Below, in pieces: positions 12,461 through 24,711 of a DNA stretch of 64,000 nucleotides; positions within the stretch are counted from its first letter, which is position 1, and the number at the start of each line of letters is the position of its first letter. The DNA comes from Iphione sp. A-MEVVRFRX5 (lineage: Eukaryota): NCBI GenBank assembly GCA_976226885.1, contig OZ320313.1:31992001-32056000 (forward strand), read 5' to 3'. The position numbers and the translations under genes are program-made. The notes below the pieces were generated by a model. The model was not told where the DNA came from, ran no database searches, and saw nothing but the letters and a program-made list of their open reading frames with translations.

Positions 12461-12908
12461 CATCATTACCCTTTTATTATATTTACTGAATTGTCAATGG
12501 AAAGCTAATTAATTTATAGCGAAACTGAAAAAAGCGTCCTGTTGCATGGGGCGACAGATGGGAAAAGGAGGTAAATCTTGAATTTAATTGAATTGACATT
12601 TATGTGTAGGCAATAATACGTGTATTTGCATTGTCATATCGAGAACACTCCTAATGCATTATGATCACTAGAATGAAACATTGTCAATGCCTCTAGTGCA
12701 AGTCAAAATTAAAAGTACTTCCAGGGCAGGTAAGCTGTTTTCCAGCCAGATTTTCTCTAACAAACGAGTCTGTGGCTGGAGGAGAGGGGACGAGTAGAGG
12801 GGCAGGGTTAGGGTGTAAGTGGATGTTGCTCAGCTGGCGTTCATGGGATAGACAGAGGTGGGCACCTAACGTGTGTTAAGTGGACTGATCATGCCAACTT
12901 TCTCCAAG

Positions 12909-13115
12909 TAGCGCCCGCTCCCATCCGCCGCTGCCACCTCCTCCTCCCCCTCCTCCCAGCCTCACTGTACCAGCTCCCAACCTATCCTCATCAGCCAACA
13001 CTAAAAGGTCTGCCAAGAGTGGTAAGCGGAGGCCCAGCACAACAGACATACACTCTAACTGTGGCCAGGGTGAGCCATTGACGCGGTCTAAAAGGGCCAA
13101 GGGGTTGCTCTGGAG
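12909..13115 (+). CDS. Candidate 207-nt internal exon encoding a poly-Pro/basic low-complexity peptide; unverified
   Basis: Acceptor-like ctttctccaag, donor GAG|GTAAGA, length divisible by 3, open frame SARSHPPLPPPPPPPPSLTVPAPNLSSSANTKRSAKSGKRRPSTTDIHSNCGQGEPLTRSKRAKGLLW. No homology recognised. Confidence 0.28.
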
Positions 13116-14129
13116 GTAAGAGACCCCTGATGGCAACCGGGAGAGGCGGCAGACGCCATGCCCCCCAGCCCGTCTAGCATTTCACTCACTATTATTTCCA
13201 ATGGCCGCCCCCTGTACACGTACATGCCGTACTGGCTCGTTTATGGCCGTCTTGCAACAGAGTTGCAGATTTGCCCCCCCCCGCCCCTTTCCTTCCATCC
13301 TTAGCGATTTAAGGTTGACTGGGATCGTCGGTTCTAAAATAGAACTTGCGAAGATTTGATAGTTTATGGTTTGTTCTGCACAAAGGAAGGTCATCGGGCG
13401 AGGTATCGATTTGCTCGTTCACCATGCAGAATTTATCTAGGGAGTCAGAGAAGTGTGTTTGAGAGGTGTGTTTACTGGTAGTACCCGTTCTACCTCTTCG
13501 TGTTACCCTCCATTCTGTCTGTTTGTCTCTCTGTCCTTATTGCATGTATGTGTGGGTGACTCTTGTTTGTCTTTAGAATGTCTGTCCCCTGCTTGCGTTC
13601 GATTATTTCGTGTATCTACCTCCTTCACTTCTTTAGTTATTAAGATATCGCGGTAAAAGTTATTTTAATTTGTGCATATAGCAGGACCTCACCTGACAGC
13701 AATAAAAATTCCGTCCTCAATAGCTGTGAACATGCCATGGAGAACTGAAGGAAATGAGGCAAAACGATAGTAGTGTATAGTGAGCAACCCACCCTATACA
13801 CTACGAACGATATCATAATTACACTCTCTTTGAACGTTTAGCTGGTTTCATTTTATGCAATGCTTTCGAATGAATGTTTGTCTGTATCCTAGGCTTTCGT
13901 CTTCTGAGCAGATTCTTTCGCATGTTTAAAACATTGAGCACGCCGTAAGTCTCTATAATTTATTATAGGTAAGGCCGCTAGAAATGTGGAGAACCTCATG
14001 TTGTCCTTGAGGTCAGTTGTCATCATCAATATTGTATGTATGCTTGATGGATGAGCGCAGCAGCCAGACGGTTACTGCACCCGAGCATACACTGAAGGAT
14101 TACAAGGAGACGAAGCATGAGAGTTCTCA

Positions 14130-14450
14130 TTATTAACACATCAGGATGGCCTGGTAATTTAGCATTTGGGGAGATGGTGTTCCGCTATAGCAGTGCATCG
14201 TCTAGAAACCTTCCAGTAGTGCCCAGACCCATGGTAGGACGATTCTGGTTGCATAGAGCAAGGGATATCAATGGAGCTGATTTAGGACAATGAGCCGTTC
14301 GACAGAATGTGAGGATGGGGATATCATAACAGAAAATCTACAGTATAGCACGGAGTCTGACAAATACTAGAGAGCCTTTATCATATACGGTAGAGATATA
14401 CCCAGAGGTGCGTGTTATTTATTTCCCTGTTGAAGTCTCATCATAGATAA
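14130..14450 (+). mobile_element. Possible highly decayed Tc1/mariner transposase fragment
   Basis: aggacaatgagccg (QDN.P-like) followed by ARSLTNTRE (resembles 'SPDLNPIE'). Weak and frameshifted. Confidence 0.22.
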
Positions 14451-14913
14451 CACAGTACCCCGGACGTACATCATAGGGGATATCGAAACACTGGTGATGG
14501 ATGCGTAGCGACCAAGACGGTTCCCTTCATCTGAATTGACTGACGCGAAGAATATAAGGTTTTCCATTACATTTCATCTTACAGCAGCATAAAAAACACA
14601 CACATATATAATAATGGTTCGATAGGCATATAGCACTATGGTAACCCTTTTTGTCGAAATGTGTGCGGTGCCTTTGAAACAGGAGTAAGAAGCCAGACCA
14701 CTGCACTGCGCGACCTTCCCCTCCCTCCCCCACGGCCGGGCTCTATTCACTGGTGATTTTCACAGTACAAGTCAACGCCCCCCCCCCTCAAAAAAGAAGA
14801 AAGGAAAAATAGGGCTCACATCCTCTTCGATCAGCACTCCTTAAGCTCGTCACGTCTTCCGAGTAATGAATAAGTAATCGAGGCCAAAACTGAGGCAGCA
14901 ACCCCACTGCTGA

Positions 14914-15060
14914 AGGCTGCCCACCGAAAGGCCGAGCCCAGCGTTAAGTGTGGCGGACCTCACGGGGTGAGTTACCGCCATCAGACGGGCAGCCTGCCTT
15001 GTTCACAGGTGACGGTCGCCACCTGATGAACAGGACGCAAAACGTTGCCCTGACAGGGGG
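14914..15060 (+). other. Compact multi-hairpin (potentially structured RNA) segment
   Basis: Perfect 9-bp stem 14914-22/14987-95; inner stems 14951-56/14975-80 and 14959-63/14967-71; adjacent 14-bp hairpin 14998-15011/15020-34 with one bulge. Confidence 0.45.
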
Positions 15061-15329
15061 AGTTGGTTGTCAAGGTTCCAAGAACATGAAGGTGTTCGGG
15101 TTTCGACGGCAGGGAGGCTTTAGTAATCCATGGGCAAGAGATAGTAGGGCGGTGAATAACATCCAGCTGTCGTCCTTATCAAAGCTATGGGTCTCACTCT
15201 GTCAAGATACTCAAGTTTTAGGGTAGAGGCCATCCAGATAAAAGCAATATGGGAGCCACTCATATCTCTCTATCCGGCTCAGATATTCAGTAGATGAACA
15301 GATTGACCCTGGGTTACTTAAATACTATC

Positions 15330-15480
15330 TACTTTAAGAGGTTCTTGAAGGTTAGAACAGGGGCGTCTTATCCCAGTGTTTACATAGGTCAATCAGCTGA
15401 AAAAGTTAATAAGCTTAGTTTGTTCGAAGAACCTACACACGAAAATATTACATAAACTTTCGTAAGCCCTACCCCATGCC
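15330..15480 (-). mobile_element. Possible LINE ORF2 3' end relic
   Basis: Minus-strand HWDKTP and APVLTFKNLLK* resemble the 'WN.LP......S...FK..LK' terminus of CR1/L2. Confidence 0.28.
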
Positions 15481-16892
15481 ACGCAAGGTCTAGACAAATA
15501 CAAGACATTAAGGAAAATTGACTTTGTTACTGGCTTTTTCGTTTGTCCGTATGATCCAATTTGGGATTGTAAATCTCACGTCAATAATCAAGCGAGAAAG
15601 GAGGTAGAGGGGATGATAGAGGTTGGAAGGAGAACGGTCAGTGGAAAGATAAGTGGACAGACGGACATACTTAGACATTCAGATGGGCCTGCAGTGAGGC
15701 ACTTCATCGAAGATCAAATATCTGACATAGACAAAGAGCATGTCTAACAGACGGAACAAGCCTCAGCAGTCCTTCTTGTGAACGTTCACTGAACCGTAGC
15801 AGTTCCACGCTACCAATAGCCCAGCCACATGCCCTTCAGCGGCTTTCTTGGTGTCTGTGTGGTCGCTCGGTGCTCAGTTCTACGAGAACCACTGTTTTCG
15901 TTCCGGCCGCTAGGTGGACGTGTCTAGCAGCTGTCTGTGAATTACAAGTGCAAGCGTCGCTCCCCAATGCCGAAATAGACGAGCCCCGATCTGATTTATA
16001 TCCTTGTAGAGAGGGCCTGGGAGCAAGCTGCTTATGGGGGGTGGAGATGGAGAGGGGAAGGAGGGAGCAATGGACGGGGCTTACTGGAATCCGCCCACCT
16101 TACATGCAAGCACTTATTGCGCCGCTCTGCCGGCATCACGTGGCGGCTGGCTACCAATCAAATTATTACGACGAGCGAATATGTAACCTTCAAAAAAACG
16201 TAACGTCATAAAGACGTGGCCTTCGATCATGACAACCGTGATGACTTAGCGCTGTCATACGTCCATGGAGCAGTGTGACAGCTCCCGTCTATCATTCGCC
16301 TGCCTTTTGTTGTAACTCTGCCGTTGCGAAATGGAAACACATTGTTGGTGGGGGTGGCACATGGGGGATTGGGGTTGGGGGCGGGCGAAGGCAGCAACTG
16401 ATTCTCATCGCAGACGGGTGGCAATTACAGAGCGATTGAAGAGCATCTGGGCTCCCCTCTCCGTTTACACTTGAGCAGTTGAAGCATCACCTTTGCGGAC
16501 GATGGAGGGGCGGACAAGGTACGGGGCGCGCCATCCACTCTTCATCAAGGGATGAGCAACTCGGGAGGAACTCCTGCAGTGCAATACGTTATAGTTTCTT
16601 AACGCCAAGGCGGCGGCCTACATCAGCACCCTCTGCACTAAGTCACCGTCTAAAGCTTCACGGCCGGGATTTAGCGTCATGTGTGCGTTCAAATGACAGA
16701 ATAGGAACTGGAGAACGCTTGAAGTGATCTCCATCACAGAACCTTTTAAGGAAGCAGGAAATGGTCACGCGGCAATGATTCAAAAATATGAGTCCCTGGC
16801 CTGACTTGTGAATTCAATTCAGAATGATGAGGATACGTTTGATGTCATTTTGTGTATATCGTATAAATTTAGAATACAGCTCATCTAAAGAC

Positions 16893-16918
16893 ATATATAT
16901 ATATATATATATATATAT
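16893..16918. repeat. (TA)n microsatellite
   Basis: Directly visible. Confidence 0.95.
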
Positions 16919-19749
16919 GATCTTAACAGGGAATTGGAAAGACCATCTCTGACATAGCATACGTATATTGAATAGTGTATTACCATCCATCTCAACACAC
17001 CTCATACAAGCTGACTCGCTTACGGATGATATATTCGTACTATTCATTGTCTACTGATACAACGGCAATCGGTCTGCACCGTTCCATGCATTTAATTGCA
17101 CATTTGACATATATATTCCGAGATCAGCACAGTACCTAAGCCATCAGCGAGAATACTACCAAGTCAGCAACACTACAGTCGAGGCAAATAGGCGTGACAC
17201 CAATATTATTACCACCAGTATTACCAATAGTTGCGCTAGTCCGCTGTACAATAACATAAGCGCCGGCACCCGACCACCCCCCACCCCAACCAGCCCTTTA
17301 CTGGTGACCGCCGTCTCTCCTCAAGGACAGTCCGACGCTAGAGCGCCCTGTCGGAGATCGTATACAACCAATGCCAACCAGCCATACCCGCTACCTTGAA
17401 CTTCTCTCTCCCCCTGACCTCGGCCGCCGCTGCCGCCCTCAGGCCTATTCTGTCGGCCGTCTTTGCGGGAGTAGGGGTGGTATGTACATTCAATTCAGAT
17501 TCGAAAGCCCCGTATCTGTTGCTCCACTTGTAAGTTATGTTAAGTGTGGTATTGCTATCCTAGAAAGGATGGAAATAGTGAAACATGATAGGACGATTCG
17601 TCGCCTCCGCTGACATGGCTGTCATTTGAAGATTTCTTTTTTGGTTGGTTAGGCAGTCATCGATCCCTTTCAGATGTACCAGTTTCAGTGCATCCCACGG
17701 TTCCCTTGAGGGTGTCTAGTTTTACAACGAATGCTTACAAAAATGCCTTTTGGCTAAACAAGATCGCCTTCATTTTCTGCACGCTGCATCTGAAGATGAT
17801 TGATAATATTAGATGTAGTCTTTGAATGCTCATGTTGTCCTATCCCCAGCCCCTGGGGTCGCATTCTTTTCACTTCTAGGCTCTGCCCAAGGTAATCAGG
17901 TATATGTTAACAGTAAAAATAACACCCTTCTAAAGTTACCCTTTGATGAGCGGTTAATTTTTGTAAAGCAGCTGTTTGTCAGTAAGTGTACTTGGTGAGG
18001 AATTAGATGCCGCGAAATATGCTCCATACGATTACTTTCCATGTACCCACGTTTTCTGTATGTATACTGTGTATTTTTGTACATCTGTGTTTTTCTGACA
18101 CGTATTATTACCAACTGCACAATTTCCAGGGACCTGTATGTACGAAGTACTAAGACTTTCTATTTTTCATCGGATTAAATTATTTTTAGGCGGGTAGTAT
18201 TTAAAAAGGGTATACATAGCACAGGAATTCACAGATAAGATACAGACAAGTTATACAAGATCTATCATTTTCAGCCAACCTCACGTACAAATGGCCTAAA
18301 TTACACAAAATCTACCCTTTTCAGCCAACTGTATGCACAAAATCCACTTGTTTCCATATACATGTACATAAATTTTACTTGTATACATCTATACCATACA
18401 ATTCATATATTCATGCACTCCAAATTGTATATGTACTTTAGTATACATTAGCATCCGTCCATGTTTCTGCCTAGTCTCTGTACAAATGTTTGCCTGGACA
18501 TGTAAGGAGCTCGTACACATGGGCACATGGAAATGTGTCCCTATGGCTGTTTGTCATCCTCTCTACATTGTTATTTTCCCGACAGGTTCACCGATGTCTT
18601 ACGTACATGTATAGGTGAATTTTCCTGCTGAGTAAAGTTGATGTGCTGATCTACACATATGGCGTTTTCTCACATAGAATTACTATTCCCATCAACTCCT
18701 GCTCGTTCATGTGGATACGAAGCAGAGCCACTTCTCGTAGCGACTATTATTAAGTACACGTCTCTGATTACGTTTCACCGGCACCGCATAGTGCAGCCTT
18801 TAAACAAGTAGATGTAGATGAGATGAGGTAAAATCCAATATCTTAGTTCCGCCACGTATGCCTCATTCGTTTCTTGTCCAAAGGAAACAATCTGGAGAAA
18901 AAAAATACACAGTTTCACTTTGTGGATACAGCTTAGAAATTATTTTCCTACTGCGTTTTCGGCGAGGTTCGATATAAAAGGCCGAGCCGGCAGTGTCGTA
19001 ATATATGCAGAATGTGTCATAGAGTTCAAAACTGGTACTCACGCCACGTCCCAGACCAAGTTTGTTGTCTGTGAAATTGAAAGCGTCATTGCGTTTTGTA
19101 TGGATCGAAAAGTGTTAGGGAGCATTACATGAATAAAACATGAAGGAATGAAAGGGGTCGGGCTTCCACGAGGCTTTCAAGTGACTATCACATCTTGTCA
19201 GGGCCGTCTAGCACGGACGTCTAATATTATAAGCGAATTCTTCGTCGATAGAATATTTGTTTCGACTGCCCTACAACTAGCAAGAGAGCCGTCCAGACCA
19301 CTCGATCACTTCCGCCGGGGTCATCAGTCAGGTTCGTACTCTAACGCATGCGCACCATCGACGGCGACCATGTTTAGATCCCGGACTCTCGGCACTCGGG
19401 ACACGCTATACATCATTGTCTTTGGTCCGAAGGGACAGGATGGCAGGACGTTTGGAAACGCACAGGAAGAGGATAGTACCAAATTAGGAGGCATCAGGAG
19501 CGTCTGATGATTTCTGTGACTAAATGACTGGCAAACTTTATGCACCATTGAATCTCCACTCAGTCCTCAGTTGTTGCTTTCATCTACGTGGCATTGAGGT
19601 GCTGTGCTTGTGTGTATTTTTTAAATTGTTAAAAATTTTATTCCGCTCATTTGAAAAGCAGATATTGACCTCTCAGTCCAGTTGTTCAACGTGTCTGTAA
19701 ACGCATTCGCAGTTCCATATTATCATTGCTCTTGTTACAACAAAATCCC

Positions 19750-19960
19750 TTTATCAATAACAGCCAAAGTGTAATCGGTTAGTTGTAGCTGTGATAACTA
19801 GTTCATGGTTATAGATGGTAAATTGGCAATAATGTTATGAGAAAATATATTTTGATGAAAATAATGCTTTGTTAGTGTAGAGTTAATCAGCCATCATTCG
19901 TCCTTGAGCGAAACCATGTCATCTGTCGGACATCACTTTCTACACAATAAGTTGAGGACT
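19750..19960 (-). mobile_element. Possible LINE RT fragment
   Basis: Minus-strand HGFAQGRMMAD*L...IYNHELV resembles 'Q.GFR.GRS..D.L ... VNHE.L'. Confidence 0.3.
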
Positions 19961-20433
19961 TCTGACCTTTGGTTTCAAACTGCCTACCATTCTTTTCCTA
20001 GTTTTCCGAAATTAAATTACCACGTAGCTTGACGTAAATGTATTATGGTATCAACTTCTTTAAGGCAAGTTTTAGCTTGTTCAAGCGTGGTATTTTCTAT
20101 TTATACATACGAAATGCTATTGCAACGTGCCGGACGAGTTTTGTCTGTGATCATTTCGACAGATGGGAGAGATTGATAAAGTTATCTTCCCTCTGTTACA
20201 CTAGTCAAGTATAAAATGTTTATATGGGCACATTGCAACACTACGAACTCTACACCACAGAGTAAAAAAAAAATGCATTCGTACTAAATCTTTATTGTAC
20301 ATCGATGCTAATCACTTACAAGTGAAAGTCATTGTATACCATGAAAACGGTTCCTCCGTCAATCAGCCATTTACCTTTAACATTTAATTGAAAAAGAACA
20401 CATATACCTTGCATATAAATGTTTTTTCTTCAG

Positions 20434-20483
20434 GTTTGAAACAAAGTTCCCACCATACAGCAGAAGCTGTTCGCCCGGGTCCG
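20434..20483 (+). other. Candidate 50-nt exon (coding status unknown)
   Basis: Strong acceptor aatgttttttcttcag and strong donor CCG|GTAAGA; two of three frames open. Confidence 0.35.
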
Positions 20484-20613
20484 GTAAGAGCACACAGACA
20501 CTTGCCGCTCAAATTAGATAAGTATTTTACTCGATGTCGGCATTTCATGGCCTATCTCTGGCGCTGCAGCTAACTGCAAACATGTGATTGGCGGGCGGTT
20601 GGCTGAGGATAAG

Positions 20614-20931
20614 ATGGCTACGTTGTTGATACTGGCGGCAGCCCAGAGGGGCCCGGGGCCGAGAGGGCCGTGCGGGATGAGCCGGGAGGAAACAAGGAGA
20701 CGCGAGCGTTGGATGCCCTCCAAACGCCTGCTGTATACAACACAGTCCGGCGCCTTTTTCACTCCAAACCCCCACTATGTGCAATCCGAACCCAAAAGTG
20801 ATGATGTGCGACAAGTGCTGCTGATTGTGATTCTTGGCGTGTGTGGCCCATTTTTGAGGGATTTACATGTATCGTGTCTGCGGTGTTATCAGAGATTGTC
20901 TAGGAAAGACTCGAGATCTTATCCTGGTTGA
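20614..20931 (+). CDS. Hypothetical 105-aa ORF in a GC-rich island; no recognised homology
   Basis: ATG in good context (aagATGG) downstream of GATTGG and GGCGGG motifs; MATLLILAAAQRGPGP... May be non-coding or TE-derived. Confidence 0.2.
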   Translation: MATLLILAAAQRGPGPRGPCGMSREETRRRERWMPSKRLLYTTQSGAFFTPNPHYVQSEPKSDDVRQVLLIVILGVCGPFLRDLHVSCLRCYQRLSRKDSRSYPG

Positions 20932-23900
20932 ATACATTGAGATCATTCCTTTACATTTTTGTAAATGGGCCGAAGGATTCCGTTGGAAACATAACTCTTT
21001 CATCATTTGACAGTTCTACTGACGCAGGTAGCCACATACATTCGTATACTCGCACTTTCATACTGGTGAAAAAAGGGTGAAGTAGATATGAAGTCCGTTA
21101 TTGACCGATACACACAATTGCCTCTCGACTTTGCCCCTACCTACAACGGTGTACATCGCTACATTCGTACAGTGTGCCGTTTCATCTACTGTACAGGAGA
21201 GGACATTATTGAACCTAGATCTCTTATTTTCAGACGGCCGTACGTGGCCTCATGGAACGCTGAGGACTGAGACCTTTTTTTTCACATTTGACGTTATTTT
21301 ATTCGATGACGTTATCCTCTTCTAATTGTTTGTTCTATTATGTCACCCAGATGATGTCAAAAAGTCGGTCAAGATATAGTTCTAAGTTTCCTAATCAGTC
21401 ACTAGTCATCATTATTTCTGGTAGGATCTCCGTGCGGATGAGCTATTTAAGACGTTTTTTAAACCCGAAGGCATTCGCTGCCCAAGAAAAGAACTTTGCC
21501 GGCAATTCCCCTGACAGATGTAATAATTCTTGTTTAGAGACTTCCTTCAGTAAAAAATAACGGCGTTATTTCACGAAGCCCACTCACTGTCAGCGTCAAG
21601 TGAAAAGCCGAGGCGAGACTCCTTTCTGGCAGTAATCTTGTTGGCAGTAACCACTTGTCCATGTTAATCTATGGTCATTGAATTAGTCGAAGAACAATGG
21701 CTTCTCATAGCCTGGTCCAACAACAGACACCCAGGCCGTCTCCTTTGCAAGCGCCGTCACCGTACGGACATGCATACCGCAACTAATAGTCATGTATTGC
21801 TTCACAGAACGTAAATTCACAATATAATGTATACCTCTAGTGTTTTTTGTTCACCTAATCGACCGTCGTCTTTTCCATCCGTAAACTGCTAGCTGACCTA
21901 AATTACACGCATAGTTTCTACTATTATTAGGTATTGCCCATTTCAGAAAGTATTTCATATGCACATGTGATGAATCAATGTATAAATATGCACAATAGAA
22001 CCTACATAGACATGTTAGCAGTAGGTTTTGTGAAAAAAAAAACAAGTAAAAAGGAATTGGTGGTTGATTCAAACAGTCAGTAAATTGCTCTAGTTTAAAA
22101 AACGATGAATATGTCATATTTGGACTAACATGTAAAATGTATATGCGGTGCATGTAAATTGTTATCATTGTCATGATAGATGGTACTCATTCAGCCCAGC
22201 CGAAATACTGTCTTGTTCGATCAGCACGATGTAAGACAGACAAGTCTCTGAAATTCAGACGATGCTAGCGCTACGCTACGGCCATTCTGACGTTAACACC
22301 AACCGGTAGTAGTGTAAAAACTTGCAAAATCTGTCGTGCCGTAGTTAAGAATCATCCTTACTCAGTACATTTCCAAGTTCCGATATTTGAGCTCGGAATT
22401 GCAGGGTTTATTATTGTTAATGAACTGATTCCCTAATTTGATTCCGTAATTCGGGCTTAGCTGCTTCTCTTGCATGTATATCTGTATTGCTGTGCTGATC
22501 GGCTTTGGTGTCTCCTTAGTGTTTGATGAAGTCAGGCCCGAAACTTTCAGATCCTTCTTAGTTAGCCAAGGGTTATCCCTGAAAAAATTCTTGAGTCCCT
22601 ATTTTCTGACTGGCTTTCCGGCTGGTTTAGGTTGTTGGCTGGTTGGCTGGTCATTCCAGCCCCATGTTTTTGATTCTCTATCTCACTTTTCCTGTTTTTG
22701 TTTCTCTGTCTGTCGGTCTGTCTGTCTCTGTGACCGCCTGTCGGCCTGTTTGTTTCTTATATGCATAAACGCACGCACGTACCTGTCTACTTGCCTACCT
22801 ATATGCATACATGCTCATACCTAAAGAGAAAGGTGCATCCTCTGCAGCTGACCCATAGCATTCACTGGTCTTTCTGACCCTCTTGCTTGATAAATGGTAT
22901 CGACGGACACGTTGTGAGGATGAGTGGCGGCTTAGCGTGGTTCGAAGGGAGTCTCTCTCCTTCCCTCTCCTAATCGATATGCCACAGGGCCACTGTGCGG
23001 TATGTTGTTGACCCTCAAACCCATAGATGCACACCAGCACGCAATTACCAACAAACACACATGGAAACACACTTAGACATACATGTCTGCCTGTCCGTTC
23101 CTCAGTTTGTCTGTCTGTCTGTCCGTCCCTCTTCCCGGGTTCTCTCCTACACCAACCCTTACACACAGACACACATCTCTAACCGTTCCCTGTAGACGAG
23201 GTCCTGCCCACACATTGTTTGTTCCGGTGAAACATCGATGGAAGTAGGTGCTTGCCTCCAGGGTTGGTCACGTGTCGAGTGATGTAACAGCAGCAATGGA
23301 GGGTCCTCTAGCAGCCGCGTCTGGAACTACTGTCGCTGCACGTGACAACATATAACAGTGTCTGTATACGTGTTGGTGATGCTTTATTGTGATTAGCTGG
23401 TAGCGTTTCCTTCTGTAATCTTGTATTGATGGAAAAATGGATGGATAAATCAGAGATAGGCGGTACTGATCAAGAATTAAGTCTCCTCAGGGGATTCTGT
23501 ATTCGGAAATATATGTTCAGCTTGATATTCATGGGAAAGAACCACTCTCTATCGCCTGCCACCTACAGTTTGCAAAATCTATCTAGTCAAGTATCTCCAT
23601 CCTTTTTTGCCTCTGTTGCATTGTTTTTTAACTTATGGACGACTGAACCGATTGTGCAGTAATAATACTTTTTACTGGTTCTCTGTGTGCTACTGTTGGT
23701 GACCTGAATGGACAGCTATCATAATACGGTAGGTGTAATCGCCACATCTTCAAGGCATTCCAGTTTGATAAAATGCCGCACCAGAGGAAGCCGCCACTAC
23801 TTATGGAACCTTCTTTTGCACAGACTTCGAAAAGGCACACGTCCTCTGTTGGGTACAGCTGTCACTCTTCCAAATTATGTTGACGTTGTCCATTGATGGC

Positions 23901-24460
23901 GCCGTGTTTTGATTGCTGCCTTCTGGATTGGTTCTGTTACCCTCTGGCGTTTACGCCCCCCCCCCCCCCACTTTCCTATTCCTCCGTCCCTTTGCGTCTC
24001 TATCTCCTCTTCCTCCTCCTCCTCCTCAGGCGGTAAACAATAGGAATGTAACGAGGATGGGTTTCATTCAGGGGTGTGATGTAACTGGAGCACCTCTCTT
24101 AGTGTGCCCAGCTGGATCTCATCACCCCTCACGTGTCCTGTTGGCCCGTCCGGGCGGCGGCCTGGGTGTGAGGATTACAGGCTCCATGGGACGAACAGCC
24201 CATCAGAAGCCTGGCTTGATGCCTGCCAGCTTGGCAGCCGGAGGAGATGTGTTTGAGAACGGCACAGGCGGTGGATCTTCCATGACCTTCGTAGACAGAG
24301 TGTGACTAATGAATGCTGTTTTGGAAGCTCATCGATGAAGGATGCCTACTTGTTAAAACGGTGCTTCAGAGTAAAGGAACACATGGACTGATGCCTTGTG
24401 AACGGCCAAACGTTTGTCGGGTACATCCATGCACACATAGGTATATGTTTTAATGAATAC

Positions 24461-24560
24461 GGCCTAAAAAGGTTTTGTGTTTCTGGTAACAAGGTGAACA
24501 AATAGAGGGTCGGTAGGTCGGGGATACATGGATATATTTTTTAATGTCATTTTTTTTCAC
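24461..24560 (+). mobile_element. Terminal fragment of the MITE family seen at 33625-33954
   Basis: Starts GGCCTaaaaa..tttctggtaa..gaacaaatagagggtcggtaggtcgg, matching the reverse complement of the right end of the 33.6-kb element (..ttttccggtaa..gaaaaaaaatggtaggtcggtcggtagg). Confidence 0.6.
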
Positions 24561-24610
24561 TGTTTATTCATACTAATAGCAACAATTGTATCTGGCAATA
24601 TATGTTCTTA

Positions 24611-24711
24611 TGCTTAGACCAAATGAAAGCTAATGGCAAAAGGAATACAATGGTGAATTATATGGGTCACCTGCTTAGATCGAATGAAAGCTAATAGCAA
24701 ATGGAACACAA
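24611..24711. repeat. Two diverged ~40-bp direct repeats, period 61 bp
   Basis: tgcttagaccaaatgaaagctaatggcaaaaggaatacaa and tgcttagatcgaatgaaagctaatagcaaatggaacacaa. Confidence 0.88.

Noticed and set aside
12805-12815. Telomere-like GGGTTAGGG (similar traces near 31115, 53355 and 56265)
   Set aside because: Single units with no arrays; not interstitial telomeric repeats.
15006-15047. Hammerhead ribozyme (CTGATGA at 15023 followed by ggacgcaaaac)
   Set aside because: No stem II between CUGAUGA and the A-run, GAAA is replaced by CAAA, and stem I does not register.
17745-17757. 13-nt match to the U2 snRNA 5' region (GCCTTTTGGCTAA)
   Set aside because: No flanking similarity and no branch-point-pairing or Sm site; likely chance.
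19148-19507. 119-aa ORF
   Set aside because: No domain motifs, no splice support and no coding-like codon pattern evident.
22925-22955. tRNA or SINE-like boxes (tggcggcttagcgtggttcgaa)
   Set aside because: A- and B-box-like motifs overlap with no cloverleaf spacing.
24150-24300. LKHISSGC, similar to the R2/Hero-type CCHC motif
   Set aside because: Cys spacing and neighbouring motifs do not line up in any frame.
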